Part shown: piece by piece, positions 40,301 through 50,963 of the stretch
Layout of the letters: each line of letters starts with the position of its first letter
Position numbering within the stretch: the stretch's first letter is position 1
Source of the DNA: Eledone cirrhosa
Lineage: Eukaryota
Assembly (NCBI GenBank): GCA_964016885.1
Contig: OZ024740.1
Span: forward strand, 105,710,001-105,774,000
Direction: 5' to 3'
Length of the DNA stretch: 64,000 nt
Notes under the pieces: generated by a model
Database searches by the model: none
What the model was told of the DNA's origin: nothing
What the model saw: only the letters and a program-made list of their open reading frames with translations
Made by a program: the position numbers and the translations under genes

Positions 40301-41273
40301 CAGAAAAAGCAAAGCAGGTAAAAGTAACTGCAAAGAAAGAACTGCTACAGAAACTGGCTAAGAAATGGCAAGAAAAGCCTCTGTATGGAAAATACCCAGA
40401 GCGAGCTAACAATCCTGATGTTGACAAAACTTTAACCCATCAGTGGTTGGCATCCTCTGGACTGAAATCGGAGACTGAAGGACTGATTATATCGGCACAA
40501 GATCAGTGTCTGCCAACAAAAAATTACCAAGCCAACATAATAAAAAATGGATGCAGCCCATTATGCCGTGTATGCAAAAAACAACCAGAGACCATTGACC
40601 ATATAATTTCAATGTGCAGTCCTATAGCTCCAACCGAATACCTAAACAGGCATGACAGAGCTGCACAATACATACATTGGATAATGTGTAAGCATTTTGA
40701 CCTGCCCCATCAAAAGAATTGGTGGGAGCATCAACCACCTCCCATACTTGAAAAAGATCACATCTCAATCTTGTGGAACTTTAGCATCCAAACAGACCGA
40801 AAAATAGATGCAAATAGACCTGATATAATATTGAAGGACTTTAAAAAGAGGGTATGCCTGCTAATTGATATGTCTGTTCCAATAGACAAGAATGTATCTA
40901 TAAAAACATTTGAAAAATTGAGCAAGTATAAGGACCTGGAGATAGAAATTGGAAAAATGTGGAAATTGAGAACTAAAACAATACCAGTGGTTGTAGGCGC
41001 TCTGGGAATGATACCTAAGGGGTGTAATGATTACTTATCGCAAATCCCAGGAAACCCGCGTATAGGAGAAATACAAAAGATAGTACTAATGGGAACTGCC
41101 CATATACTAAGGAAGATTCTGTCAATATAAGTACATCACAAGTCTAAACACTAAAGATGCATGTGTGAGTATGTATGTACTTTCTTGAACATGGCGGACC
41201 TTGTTGTCTCTTGAGGTCACTGGTTGTGACTTGGTGATAACTCGTATGAACATAAAGCAAGATAAATGCAACT

Positions 41274-41308
<35 letters not shown>
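37320..41308 (+). mobile_element. R4/Dong family 2, copy D (near full-length), (TAA)n tail
   Basis: GC-rich 5' UTR, ATG at 37484, N-terminal KREKWSREDNKEV domain, frameshifts, then a 751-aa RT-CCHC-RLE ORF. Confidence 0.95.
38875..41130 (+). CDS. Reverse transcriptase, zinc knuckle and RLE (R4 clade, family 2), open segment
   Basis: NYRPITCL, GIFQGDSLSP, YMDD, CRVCKKQPETIDHIISMC, NRPDIILKD, DMSVP, KLSKYKDL. Confidence 0.9.
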   Translation: MKSPGKDKIQNFWINDFTESHELLAQLYNEIVKEPEKIPSWLVNGITFLLPKNDETNNPKNYRPITCLTTMYKILTSVLTEYTYDHLITNDLFPIEQKGCKRGSYGCKDQLLVNKMILEDCHNRHKNLSIAWIDYKKAFDSLPHSWIEKCLEIFKISPVVRSFLSFSMKTWKTTLLLNSETKSLEAGEVNINCGIFQGDSLSPLLFCIALIPLSKILNETKHGYKVYDKTINHLFYMDDLKLFAKNDEQLQGLLSTVEQFSDDIKMVFGLDKCAKATFTRGKLLKSSDINLDRGNVIRELDQEKTYKYLGVCEGDGIKHSTMRERIRKECYRRVRAILRTELNARNRIDAINTLAIPVVTYSYNVINWSSTEIRRLDTKIRKFLTMHRMHHPKADIDRIYLPRKEGGRGLIRLDIALKTATIGLSTYLRESHDWMIKLVLKHESIKRSYSITKDAQRYSNGLQISDVPFTAEMENTEKAKQVKVTAKKELLQKLAKKWQEKPLYGKYPERANNPDVDKTLTHQWLASSGLKSETEGLIISAQDQCLPTKNYQANIIKNGCSPLCRVCKKQPETIDHIISMCSPIAPTEYLNRHDRAAQYIHWIMCKHFDLPHQKNWWEHQPPPILEKDHISILWNFSIQTDRKIDANRPDIILKDFKKRVCLLIDMSVPIDKNVSIKTFEKLSKYKDLEIEIGKMWKLRTKTIPVVVGALGMIPKGCNDYLSQIPGNPRIGEIQKIVLMGTAHILRKILSI

Positions 41309-41335
41309 TGACTATCTACAACATGTTCCACAAGA

Positions 41336-44300
41336 AACCCCAAAACCCCCAAAACTCCAATCACCAACACCAACACACAGCCTCAGACACAAACAACAAC
41401 ACAAACAAGACCACAGTCAAACATCCCCCTATCAGCAAAACCTACACCAACACCACCCCAAACACAAGCACCCACCATATAAAGAAAACTCCCGGACGAA
41501 CAACAAACTAAAACAACACAACAAAAACACAAACAACAATGCGCATACATCAACACAAACAACAAGAATTTGATGGAGGTCATCTCCCAAAACCCCAAGG
41601 TGGAGACAGAGGGCAAAACTTTCTTCAAGGCAGAATCGTCTCCACACCTTAAACTTCTAAGGGTTTCTATGGAAACCTATAATGACCTAAAAAATAAATT
41701 TTTACAGGACGAGGGCAACCCCTGTCAGAAACCCATCAGCCGCGTCCTGTTAAAATGTTTCACCACCCCACCGAACACCCCATCCAGTACCCAAATGGAG
41801 ATTGAACAACCCGATCTCCAGGAAACGAAAAGGTAAGTGCACTTTTCGCCCTTTTTCTCCAACTCTCATTCACCAACATGGCTAGTTTACGAGTTGGAAG
41901 TGTGAATGTGCGTGGCCTAGGGATGCCCTGGAAGCAGGGCCAACTTTTAAACGACCTTAGGTCACACGGTATGAATGTGATAGCCATCACCGAGTCCAGG
42001 ATCCACAACAGGCAGCAACTAACCCCCATCTTCGAAGACTTTGAGATCTACGCATCTCTCTGTCAGTCAGGAGGTGGAAGTACAGCAAGTACACTTGGAC
42101 CCGGAGGGTAGACTGGTAGTCCTAGACGTGAACAGTATTGGAGGTGGAGCCTTCAGACTGGTGGCCGTTTATGCCCCGACCGGGAAATCGCAATCACGGC
42201 CACTTCTTTAAGCGTCTAGAGTCCTTTCTGGGAATGTCTCGCTCCTTACTTTTAGTGGGGGACTGGAATGGTATCCTAGATGCACGATGGGACTATGTAG
42301 GAGCATGTCCCAGTAGAGCGGGGTGCAACAGCCTCAAAACTTTAATCGGCCAATTCCAACTGGCCGATAGGTATCGACTGGATTTCCCTACTGCACCACA
42401 GTGGACGTGGGCAAACCGCAGCGGGACATCTAGATCGTATTTAGATAGGTTTTTCATTAGAGAAAGGGACAAGGAGATGTTAAGCTGTCCACGAATGCAC
42501 ATGGTTGCCTATTCAGATCACAAATTAGTCGTCTGCTTAGTCAACCGTGATAGAACACATAAACAAGGAGCCGGATACTGGAAGCTGAACGTGTCGTTGC
42601 TAGCACGTAAAGCTTACAGTGAACGGATAAGTAGACTAGTCAAGCAACAGTTAACAGGAGTCATCATCAACAATAGATGGTGGTATTCTCTCAAGAAAGC
42701 AATTAGAATAGAATCGATAGGGTTTAGCAGAGAGTTAGCCTTAGGGAGAAACAAACTAGAAAGAGAACTAAGGTAGAGGTGGCACTTAGAAGGGGCAATG
42801 CGGTTAGAGTGTTAGCGTTGAGAACGGCACTAGACCAGTTCTTCGATGCGAAACACGAAGGCTGCGTGGTCAGAAGCAAAACACGTGCTCCAGGAAACGA
42901 AGGAGCGAAAGCTGTCAGCTGGGCCCGAGTGGCGGAGGAAAAAAGTGGCAACAAGTCCACGATTCGGTCTTTGAAAGATCAAAACGGACGCGTACTACTT
43001 GACCCCAAGCAAATGTGCGCGGCCTTTCAGCAGCACTTTGCGCGACTGTTTGAGCAGAACGACGGTGAGCCGAACGGGGCAATGGACTTTAGTTCATACC
43101 ACGACGGCCTGCCGCGTCTCTCGAACACCGACGCCGAGTTTTGCGATAGACCAATCACGGACACTGAGATACGAGACGCTCTGGGGGGCTGCGGGAAACG
43201 CAAGTCACCCGGTCTAGATGGTCTACTCTATGAGTTTTAAATAGGCATGCTGGACTTGTTCTCTGACGTCCTGGAAGCCGTCTACTGCAATTGACAGCAG
43301 AACGGGACAATTCCCAGTTCTGCAGGCAAGGGCGTAGTAACACTGATCAGGAAAGACGAGAACAAGGGGGACGAAATTAACAACTCAGGCCCATAACTCT
43401 GCTCAACATAGAGTTAAAGATTTTGGCCAAGGTGCTAACGACGAGGTTGGCGCTTGTCGTCGAGAACCTGGTAGGGAAAGCGCAAACGTGTGCAATCCCG
43501 ACCAGGTCCATACACGACAACCTCCACCTCATGCGATACATCATAGAGAGGGTGGGTAGTAAACCCGGCTTCAGTGGGGCTCTGATCAATTTGGATCAGT
43601 CTAAGGCATTCGATAGGGTCGACCATCGGTACTTGGAAGCGGTTCTCAAGGCGGCCGGTTTCGGTCCCGTGTTCAGAGACTGGATCGAGGCGATGCACAC
43701 CGGCATCTACTCGAGGGTCAAGGTGAACGGCTACCTATCGGAGCCGTTCGCAATCACGCGTTCCATTCGACAGGGATGACCTCTCTCCACTATTCTGTAT
43801 GTATTGGCTCTAGAGCCACTACTGCGGAAATTGGAGCTGTTGCAGGGCATCCTTCTAGAACCGGGACTGCGCAAAGCGGCGTTGGCTTATGTCGATGACG
43901 TGACGGTAATGGTATCGAGCACCTCGGAAATCGGGGTGATCGGCAACTTACTGAAAGAATACGAAACGCTGACGGGAGCAAAACTAAACCCGGACAAGTC
44001 TGTCGGTTTGCAACTCGGAACGTGGAGAGGCAAATCGATTACGTCCGACAGCGTCGTTGGACGCTGGACGGACGGACCGGTGAAATTGCTCGGGGTCTGG
44101 TTCTGTCCAGACCTCCAGGTGGAGAAATACTGGAACGAGGTCACGGCCAAGGTGTTTACACTCACCCAGAAGCGGGAAGAGTGCAAACTGTCCTTGAAAG
44201 GTTGAGCGGAGGTGGCAAACAGTTTCATAGCGTCCGTCATCTACTACCGCTTGACTGTCGTGCCTTGTCCCCGTGAACACCTCGCCAAGATGGAACGCAT

Positions 44301-45485
44301 GCTTTTCCAGTTTCTGTGGAAGAAGCAGGCTCCGCTGGTGAGGAGATCCGTCTGCTGTCATCACCCTTCCAACGGAGGGCTGGGAATGCCATGGCTGATG
44401 ATGCGCAAACATGCTCTGAGGCTGCGGCATCTCAAGGTATTCCTTACCGACCCCCAACCGGTGTGGGCACCGTTTGTGAGACAGGCTTTCCCACACTCGT
44501 CTCGCTGACGGAGCTTCAGTCCTGGGTCAAGAAAAGACCGAAAACGATGGGCGCCTGGCACATTGAATGCGCTCAGGCGCTCACAGTCCTCTGGAGACTC
44601 CACTTCGATATTCTATAGAGGGATTGTACGTTACAAGGGCGACAACGTGCTCGGAGAGACTCTGGACGTCGAAGACGATGAGCGCACCAGTCTGTTTGGT
44701 AGGACTTTCCGCCCGGGACGTATGGACAACTTCCAGAGGTCCCTGGTCTGGCAGTGCTACCGAGGAGCTCCACCGGTTCGTGACAAGATCTACAGGCACG
44801 GACGCCCCGGCAGGGATCCTTCCAAGAGGACGTGTCCAAGATGCGCTCTGGACATTGAAACAGTCCTGCACGCAATTGTACACTGCCCTGGCGAAACCTA
44901 CCGGTGGAACTATGCAGAACAACTGCTGTCGCGTATGGGACAAATCCAGTTGACTGCCGAGTCCATAGTAAGGATCAAACCGCTAGCCTCTTTCAAAAAC
45001 GAAAGAGAGGCGGTTTTCCTCTGTACGGTGGCTATGGTGAAAGAAGTTATATGGTGGCCGAGATTGAGAGGACTGAGAACAGATGCCTTTCTCTCCGGAC
45101 AACAATTGATTCCCTTCTTTAAGTATCACTTTAGAAGGAGAATCAGAGTGGAGAGAGAGGCACTGCACCCCAGTAAATTTACTGAGAGGTGTGTGAATGA
45201 AGCGAAAATGACCCGAGTGATTAGGCCTTCTCTGTTTATAAGCCTGTAGGTTGAAGAAGAGAGCAAAAAGAAGAAAGGAGCACTTGCACAACACGCTCCT
45301 GGAGTTGAGGGTTGTTCTATCAACGGGGTATTAAACAACCCATTTGTGGCGCCTCCCCCCTATTGGGGATTTCGATTGTTGTAATTGTTTGTTTTTATAT
45401 TTTTTACATGACTGTATGCAAAATCCCCTGCATGTCTTTGTATTGTCCCCTTTTCTTGTGCGCCCTTGTGGCAAATAAATAAATA
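41336..45485 (+). mobile_element. Tx1/L1-clade LINE, degenerate (ORF1 remnant plus APE-RT-CCHC ORF2)
   Basis: SVNVRG, ITES, GDWN, SYLDRF, SDHK, YWKLN, KSPGLDGL, LDQSKAFDRVDH, IRQG, YVDD, GGLGMP and CPRC..ETVLH...HC. Tail aaataaataaat followed by (ATCT)n. Confidence 0.92.
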
Positions 45486-45912
45486 TATCTATCAATCTAT
45501 CTATCTACCTTGTGGTTTCTATAAAATGTAATATATATTATTATAAAGTTATTGCAAATCTAATATTTCAGCCTGTCATGAGAAAAAAATGTTTCTCATG
45601 ACAGGCTGAAGAAATTGGGGCCCAGAATCTCAAAGAGTCTTGAGTACCTGTCTATATCAGTGTTGTAATTGTAATTATTTATACTAAACTCGTCCTATGG
45701 ACTGAGTGCTCTTACTCTTGGATATTTTCACTTACCTTTTCTATCTCTCTCTCTCTCGCTCGCTCTCTCTCTCTCTATATATATATATATACATAGAGAG
45801 AGAGAGAGGGGGGGATAGAGAGAGAGAGAGATAGGCAGATTGTCTGGGAAACTGGGGTTGGGAAGACAACAAATCAAAGAAGTACTCGTTATATGGTAAG
45901 ATGCAGAGTGAG

Positions 45913-46033
45913 TATATTAGTGAAAGTAGAGGATCTACCAAGAGTTCGGCGGTTCCGGCTTGTTATCTCTTCTGAAAAGGTAATTAGCCGAAATTGCCGA
46001 GCTCGCGGTAGATCCTCTACTTACACTAATATA
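45913..46033 (+). other. ~120-nt imperfect hairpin
   Basis: tatattagtgaaagtagaggatctacc...ggtagatcctctacttacactaatata, with an inner stem rich in G-U pairs. Confidence 0.8.
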
Positions 46034-46040
46034 TATATAT

Positions 46041-46088
<48 letters not shown>

Positions 46089-46091
46089 CCA

Positions 46092-46146
<55 letters not shown>

Positions 46147-46176
46147 GAACACACACCCATACATACATGCATATAT

Positions 46177-46260
<84 letters not shown>

Positions 46261-46349
46261 ATTTAAAAGGTAAACAGAAATAACAACACAATCGGAACAG
46301 TATATGGAAGGGATATATTAGGTTAACGCTTTATACAGCAGGAAGAGGG

Positions 46350-46388
46350 TCTTAACGTTTCGGGCTCTAGTCCTTCACCAGAAGAAAG
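46350..46388 (-). ncRNA. Degenerate hammerhead motif (PLE 3' remnant)
   Basis: Minus strand: tctt CTGGTGA aggactagagccc GAA acgtt aaga. A6 is mutated to G. Confidence 0.45.
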
Positions 46389-46539
46389 AATGAGTTATAA
46401 GATAGATTGAGGGAACGGGCGGGTTGGGATTGGGAAAAAGTCTTTAGATAAAAATAACAGGTCCATTCATGTTGACAATAACTTTGATAACTTTGATAGG
46501 TTTCGGCCAGTATTGGCCCAGGCCATGTTTAACTTAATA

Positions 46540-46932
46540 GCACCACCTGGCGGGCGAAGTCTTTTTTCAAATCAGGATTTGGACACCATGGCCGGTTGTA
46601 GGAGGTTCATCCGGGATTTCTTGAATGAATTTGTCCAATGATTTCTTGAACTTTATGGGGGTCTGTTTCGTGTTTTAATGTGTTTTGGTGTAATGTTAAA
46701 GAGAGCGGGGACAATTGAGGTAAAATAATTGTGCCGTATTGCTGTTATGAGATGCGAGTGTAACATTTGTCGCGGCGACGTTGGGGAGAATGAAGGTTGA
46801 GCATTTCTAGTCGACTCCAATAGTCAAGGCCTGTCATGCCATCTATCTTTTTTTGTAATTAACCTTTGAGGTGCTTCAACTTTCATAATACTTTGTTTCG
46901 TGTGGGGAAATCACAGTGGACAACAGTATTCA
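46540..46932 (-). pseudogene. CR1/L2-like LINE 3' fragment
   Basis: The minus strand gives EYCCPL, GLDYWSRL, ALFNITP and KFKKSLDKFIQEIPDEP. Confidence 0.7.
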
Positions 46933-47088
46933 TATATATATATATATATATATTTTAATTATTAGGGTAAATATTGATGCAATTCAATTCAAGCACTCAA
47001 CGTACTTTTTCCACATAGGAGTGACGGATTAAATATCGAATAAGTAAAAGCGAAGTAGTTTCAGATGTTCAAGTCCTTTAATAATAAT

Positions 47089-47162
47089 GCTGTGATATAT
47101 ATTTCAATGACGACACTGGCCACACTGTTCTGTGTGGGAGTGTCGTGACATCATCAGACAGC
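47089..47162 (-). ncRNA. Type I hammerhead ribozyme with long stem II
   Basis: Minus strand: gctgt CTGATGA tgtcacgacactcccacacagaacagtgtggccagtgtcgtcatt GAA atatatat C acagc (AUC triplet). Confidence 0.8.
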
Positions 47163-47473
47163 TTGTTACATAATAAGGTTGTTTCCGAGGCAATCCAAAT
47201 TGAATCGACATGGGAACTGGCTTTCGGCTGACTGCCACAGTAGCGATGGGTAGCAGTAAACTTTGGCAAGGCACAGGTGGGCCACTGACAGCGAATTTCG
47301 TTGAAATCTGCGATGCTAATGGTCAACTTTCTTCGGACATGCGCTTGCGCAGACCGGTGGGGGTGAATTGGTACTCACAAGGGAACGGATGAAAAACCCA
47401 AAGGCCCGAACTTCATCCGTTCCCATGTCGATTCAATTTGGATTGCCTCGGAAACAACCTTATTATGTAACAA

Positions 47474-47547
47474 GCTGTCTGATGATGTCACGACACTCCC
47501 ACACAGAACAGTGTGGCCAGTGTCGTCATTGAAATATATATAACAGC
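47474..47547 (+). ncRNA. Type I hammerhead ribozyme with long stem II
   Basis: Same motif as 47089-47162, with an AUA triplet. Confidence 0.8.
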
Positions 47548-47565
47548 ATTATTATTAAAGGACTT

Positions 47566-47743
47566 ATCGGTAGAGGGTCGGTAGAGGGTCGGACGCCATG
47601 CTTTCCAGCATAGTTACGTCCCTTTACGATCCGAGTTCAAATCTCGCCGAGGTTGACTTTGCCTTTCATCCTTACGGGGTCGATAAAATAAAGTACCAGT
47701 AATGTACTGGGTAATTTCTGGCCTTGTGCCTAAAGTAGAAACA
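47566..47743 (+). mobile_element. 5'-truncated SINE with 18-bp TSD
   Basis: Near-identical to 20505-20690. TSD attattattaaaggactt at 47548-47565 and 47744-47761. Confidence 0.92.
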
Positions 47744-48941
47744 ATTATTATTAAAGGACTTGAACATCTGAAACTACTTCGCTTTTACTTATTCGATATT
47801 TACTCCGTCACTCCTATGTGGAAAAAGTGCGTTGAGTGCTTGAATTGAATTGCATCAATGTTTACCCTAATAATTAAGCTCCGATTCGTTGAGCGCTCTA
47901 TGATATAACCGATATGGTGGAGAAGAGAGGAACCAACCAAGAGCTACCCCGGAAATCCCCTCTACCATGGGGATGAAAAACCCCTGACACTGGACGGGCG
48001 TAATAGTATCTTTCGGCAGGATAAATACGCGGAAACAAAAATTAAGATAAACCCCTATTTTCCTGCACCAAATCGCTTTTGAACAGAGGCCCCATCAATT
48101 CAATCTATACATGGACAGATGGACAATCATATGGATCATTTTACATATATGTACTCTGTGTTTTTGCATTTATTCACTATTGTCTCTGTTCTTTTCTTTT
48201 GTGTACTTTATGTTTGTTTTTCTTTGACTCTGTTCCATGTGATGGAAAGTATGACCGTGTAACGGATTCACTAATGCCTTGAACCATGTGGTTTGCCCTC
48301 CGTTATAATGTACGGCACTGCCGTTCAATATCTGTAACACTAGAATCCCTCCCAGAACATATTACTTAAACATCTCTCTCCATATTATTTACTCACTTCA
48401 ATCTATATCTTTACTTAATCCGAATTATCACTTGGAAAAAAAAATGTTTGAATTTAGAATTTTTGAATTCTTTATTGTTTAATTTATAATCTCTGATATT
48501 TGATTTAGGATTTTAACTTTTAATTTAAATTTTTATTCCCAACTCTCACTCTTAACTTACTATGTAAAACCATAGTACCTAGAATTAAGTTTATTTTCCC
48601 TTATGAGTTGATGGTCAGTCTTACTGTCAACGCTTAGTGAAAGGTAGTATTATGACCTATAAAAACTAACACCCTCCCATCCCCTCTGGCTTTCGGCTGG
48701 CTGCTACAGTAGCGATGGTAGCAGTAAACTTTGGCACAGCATAGGTGGGCCACTGAGAGCGAATTTCGTTGAAATCTGCGGTGCTAATGGTCAACTTCCT
48801 TCGGACATGCGCTTGCGCAGACCGGTGGGGGTGAATTGGTACTCACAAGGGAACGGATGAAAAACCCAAAGGCACGAACTTCATCCGTTCCCATGTCGAT
48901 TCAATTTGGATTGCTTCGGAAACAACCTTATTATGTAACAA

Positions 48942-49006
48942 GCTGTCTGATGATGTCACGACACTCGCACACAGAACAGTGACGTTATTGAAATATATAT
49001 CACAGC
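48942..49006 (+). ncRNA. Type I hammerhead ribozyme (stem II partly deleted)
   Basis: gctgt CTGATGA ... GAA atatatat C acagc. Confidence 0.65.
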
Positions 49007-49083
49007 ATTATTATTAAAGGACTTGAACATCTGAAACTACTTCGCTTTTACTTATTCTATATATATTTTAATATAGATGGATG

Positions 49084-49134
49084 AGATTCTACAGAACTAG
49101 AACTGTTTCATTCTTTAGAAATCATCAGGAATCT
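49084..49134 (-). ncRNA. Type I hammerhead ribozyme with loop-closed stem III
   Basis: Minus strand: agattc CTGATGA tttctaaagaat GAA acag-ttctagtt-ctgt A gaatct (GUA triplet). Confidence 0.8.
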
Positions 49135-49582
49135 GGCTGTCCAAAATAAATGTTGTGGTATTTATATCTTTTCTGGTGGTAGGAGAGGGTGGGGAGTGGG
49201 ACGGGTGGAGGTCATTGGTTGAAAGAAAAGGGAATTAATTAAAAGCTAATTCTTTAAGGCTATAATTTATATTTAGAGTAATAAAGGCAGAAAGAATTCT
49301 ATAAACAAGTTCAGATCGGGGTGCCACTCCTTATTTTTAAGTTTCTTTTAAGTTAAAATGCCTATATTTCAGGTGTCTATATGATGGTTGGGGGTCGGTC
49401 ATGGTTGATGGATTTAAAGAAAAGGGAAATTCTTTAAAAGCTAATTCTTTAAAGCTCTACTTAGAGTGACAAAGGCCAAGATAATTCTATCAACCAGTTC
49501 AAATATTGGGTGCCTATCATTATTGTCATGTTTCTCTTAAGCTGTATTTCAGGTGTCAACAGACAAATTCACACACACACAC

Positions 49583-49634
<52 letters not shown>

Positions 49635-49740
49635 TATAAATATACACATATACAAACATCTACAAACACATCTACACATATATACACATATACATAAAAA
49701 CATAAATACACATACACAAATATACATATATATATATATA

Positions 49741-50916
49741 TATTTAGAAACACACAGATACATGCGGACACACACATATATACATGAATGCATCCGCACC
49801 CAACTGTGAGTTAAGGGTGCCAACTTCACCGATGTTGCTCAATGAATGACTGGGACAGACCAATTCAGTTTGAACCAGACTGAACCAGTATCAGAGTTAA
49901 AAATACATTATGAAGAGAGAAGAAACATTTAGATATAATTAGTAATAAAATGTATCATACCTAAACTGTTCCTAAATTCCTCGACTACGTAGTTTCGTGG
50001 CATAAACAAAAACAATATATCAAAGATATAGAGTCCTTGCGAGGTCTGCCGACTTATCAAGAGGATACCTCATTTTACTAGTCTCAAGAACGCGTCCACA
50101 TGACGTGAGAAAGAATCCCAAAAGGCGGAGGGGGAGATAGTCACGCGATATAACGGTCGAGAAACAGAGCTAAGCCTCTTATAACCACGAAGAAAATACC
50201 ACGGAGGCGGAGGGGGTATTCATATCGAGGCCGTAGAAGAGGTAGTGAAGAAGGCGAGAAGTATGAGTATTGGAAGCTTTCCAGTTGTCCCCACACTTCA
50301 AAGATTGCTCGACCAGAGGGAGTTATTAATATATTTAGAAACACACAGATACATGCGGACACACACATATATACATGAATGCATCCGCACCCAACTGTGA
50401 GTTAAGGGTGCCAACTTCACCGATGTTGCTCAATGAATGACTGGGACAGACCAATTCAGTTTGAACCAGACTGAACCAGTATCAGAGTTAAAAATACATT
50501 ATGAAGAGAGAAGAAACATTTAGATATAATTAGTAATAAAATGTATCATACCTAAACTGTTCCTAAATTCCTCGACTACGTAGTTTCGTGGCATAAACAA
50601 AAACAATATATCAAAGATATAGAGTCCTTGCGAGGTCTGCCGACTTATCAAGAGGATACCTCATTTTACTAGTCTCAAGAACGCGTCCACACGACGTGAG
50701 AAAGAATCCCAAAAGGCGGAGGGGGAGATAGTCACGCGATATAACGGTCGAGAAACAGAGCTAAGCCTCTTATAACCACGAAGAAAATACCACGGAGGCG
50801 GAGGGGGTATTCATATCGAGGCCGTAGAAGAGGTAGTGAAGAAGGCGAGAAGTATGAGTATTGGAAGCTTTCCAGTTGTCCCCACACTTCAAAGATTGCT
50901 CGACCAGAGGGAGTTA

Positions 50917-50922
<6 letters not shown>
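49741..50922. repeat. 591-bp tandem dimer, each unit with a variant HHR
   Basis: 49741-50331 equals 50332-50922, with one visible substitution (cacatgacg vs cacacgacg). Confidence 0.95.
49978..50065 (-). ncRNA. Variant hammerhead ribozyme (U3-A8 core); second copy at 50569-50656
   Basis: Minus strand: tcctc TTGATAA gtcggca...tgccac GAA actacgtagt C gagga. Confidence 0.7.

Positions 50923-50956
<34 letters not shown>

Positions 50957-50963
<7 letters not shown>

Larger units (their letters stand above)
46955..49060 (+). mobile_element. Non-coding Penelope-type element: inverted pLTR, pLTR, internal region, pLTR
   Basis: 46955-47217 is the reverse complement of 47419-47877 (excluding the SINE). 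47217-47800 is directly repeated at 48686-49060. Each repeat carries an HHR. Confidence 0.8.

Noticed and set aside
45567-45610. 18-bp-arm hairpin as a rho-independent terminator
   Set aside because: Eukaryotic context and no U-tract; a small fold-back of unknown meaning.
47382-47425. SECIS element in the ggatgaa...aaa hairpin
   Set aside because: The geometry does not fit (no GA quartet followed by an 11-12-bp helix), and there is no UGA-containing ORF.
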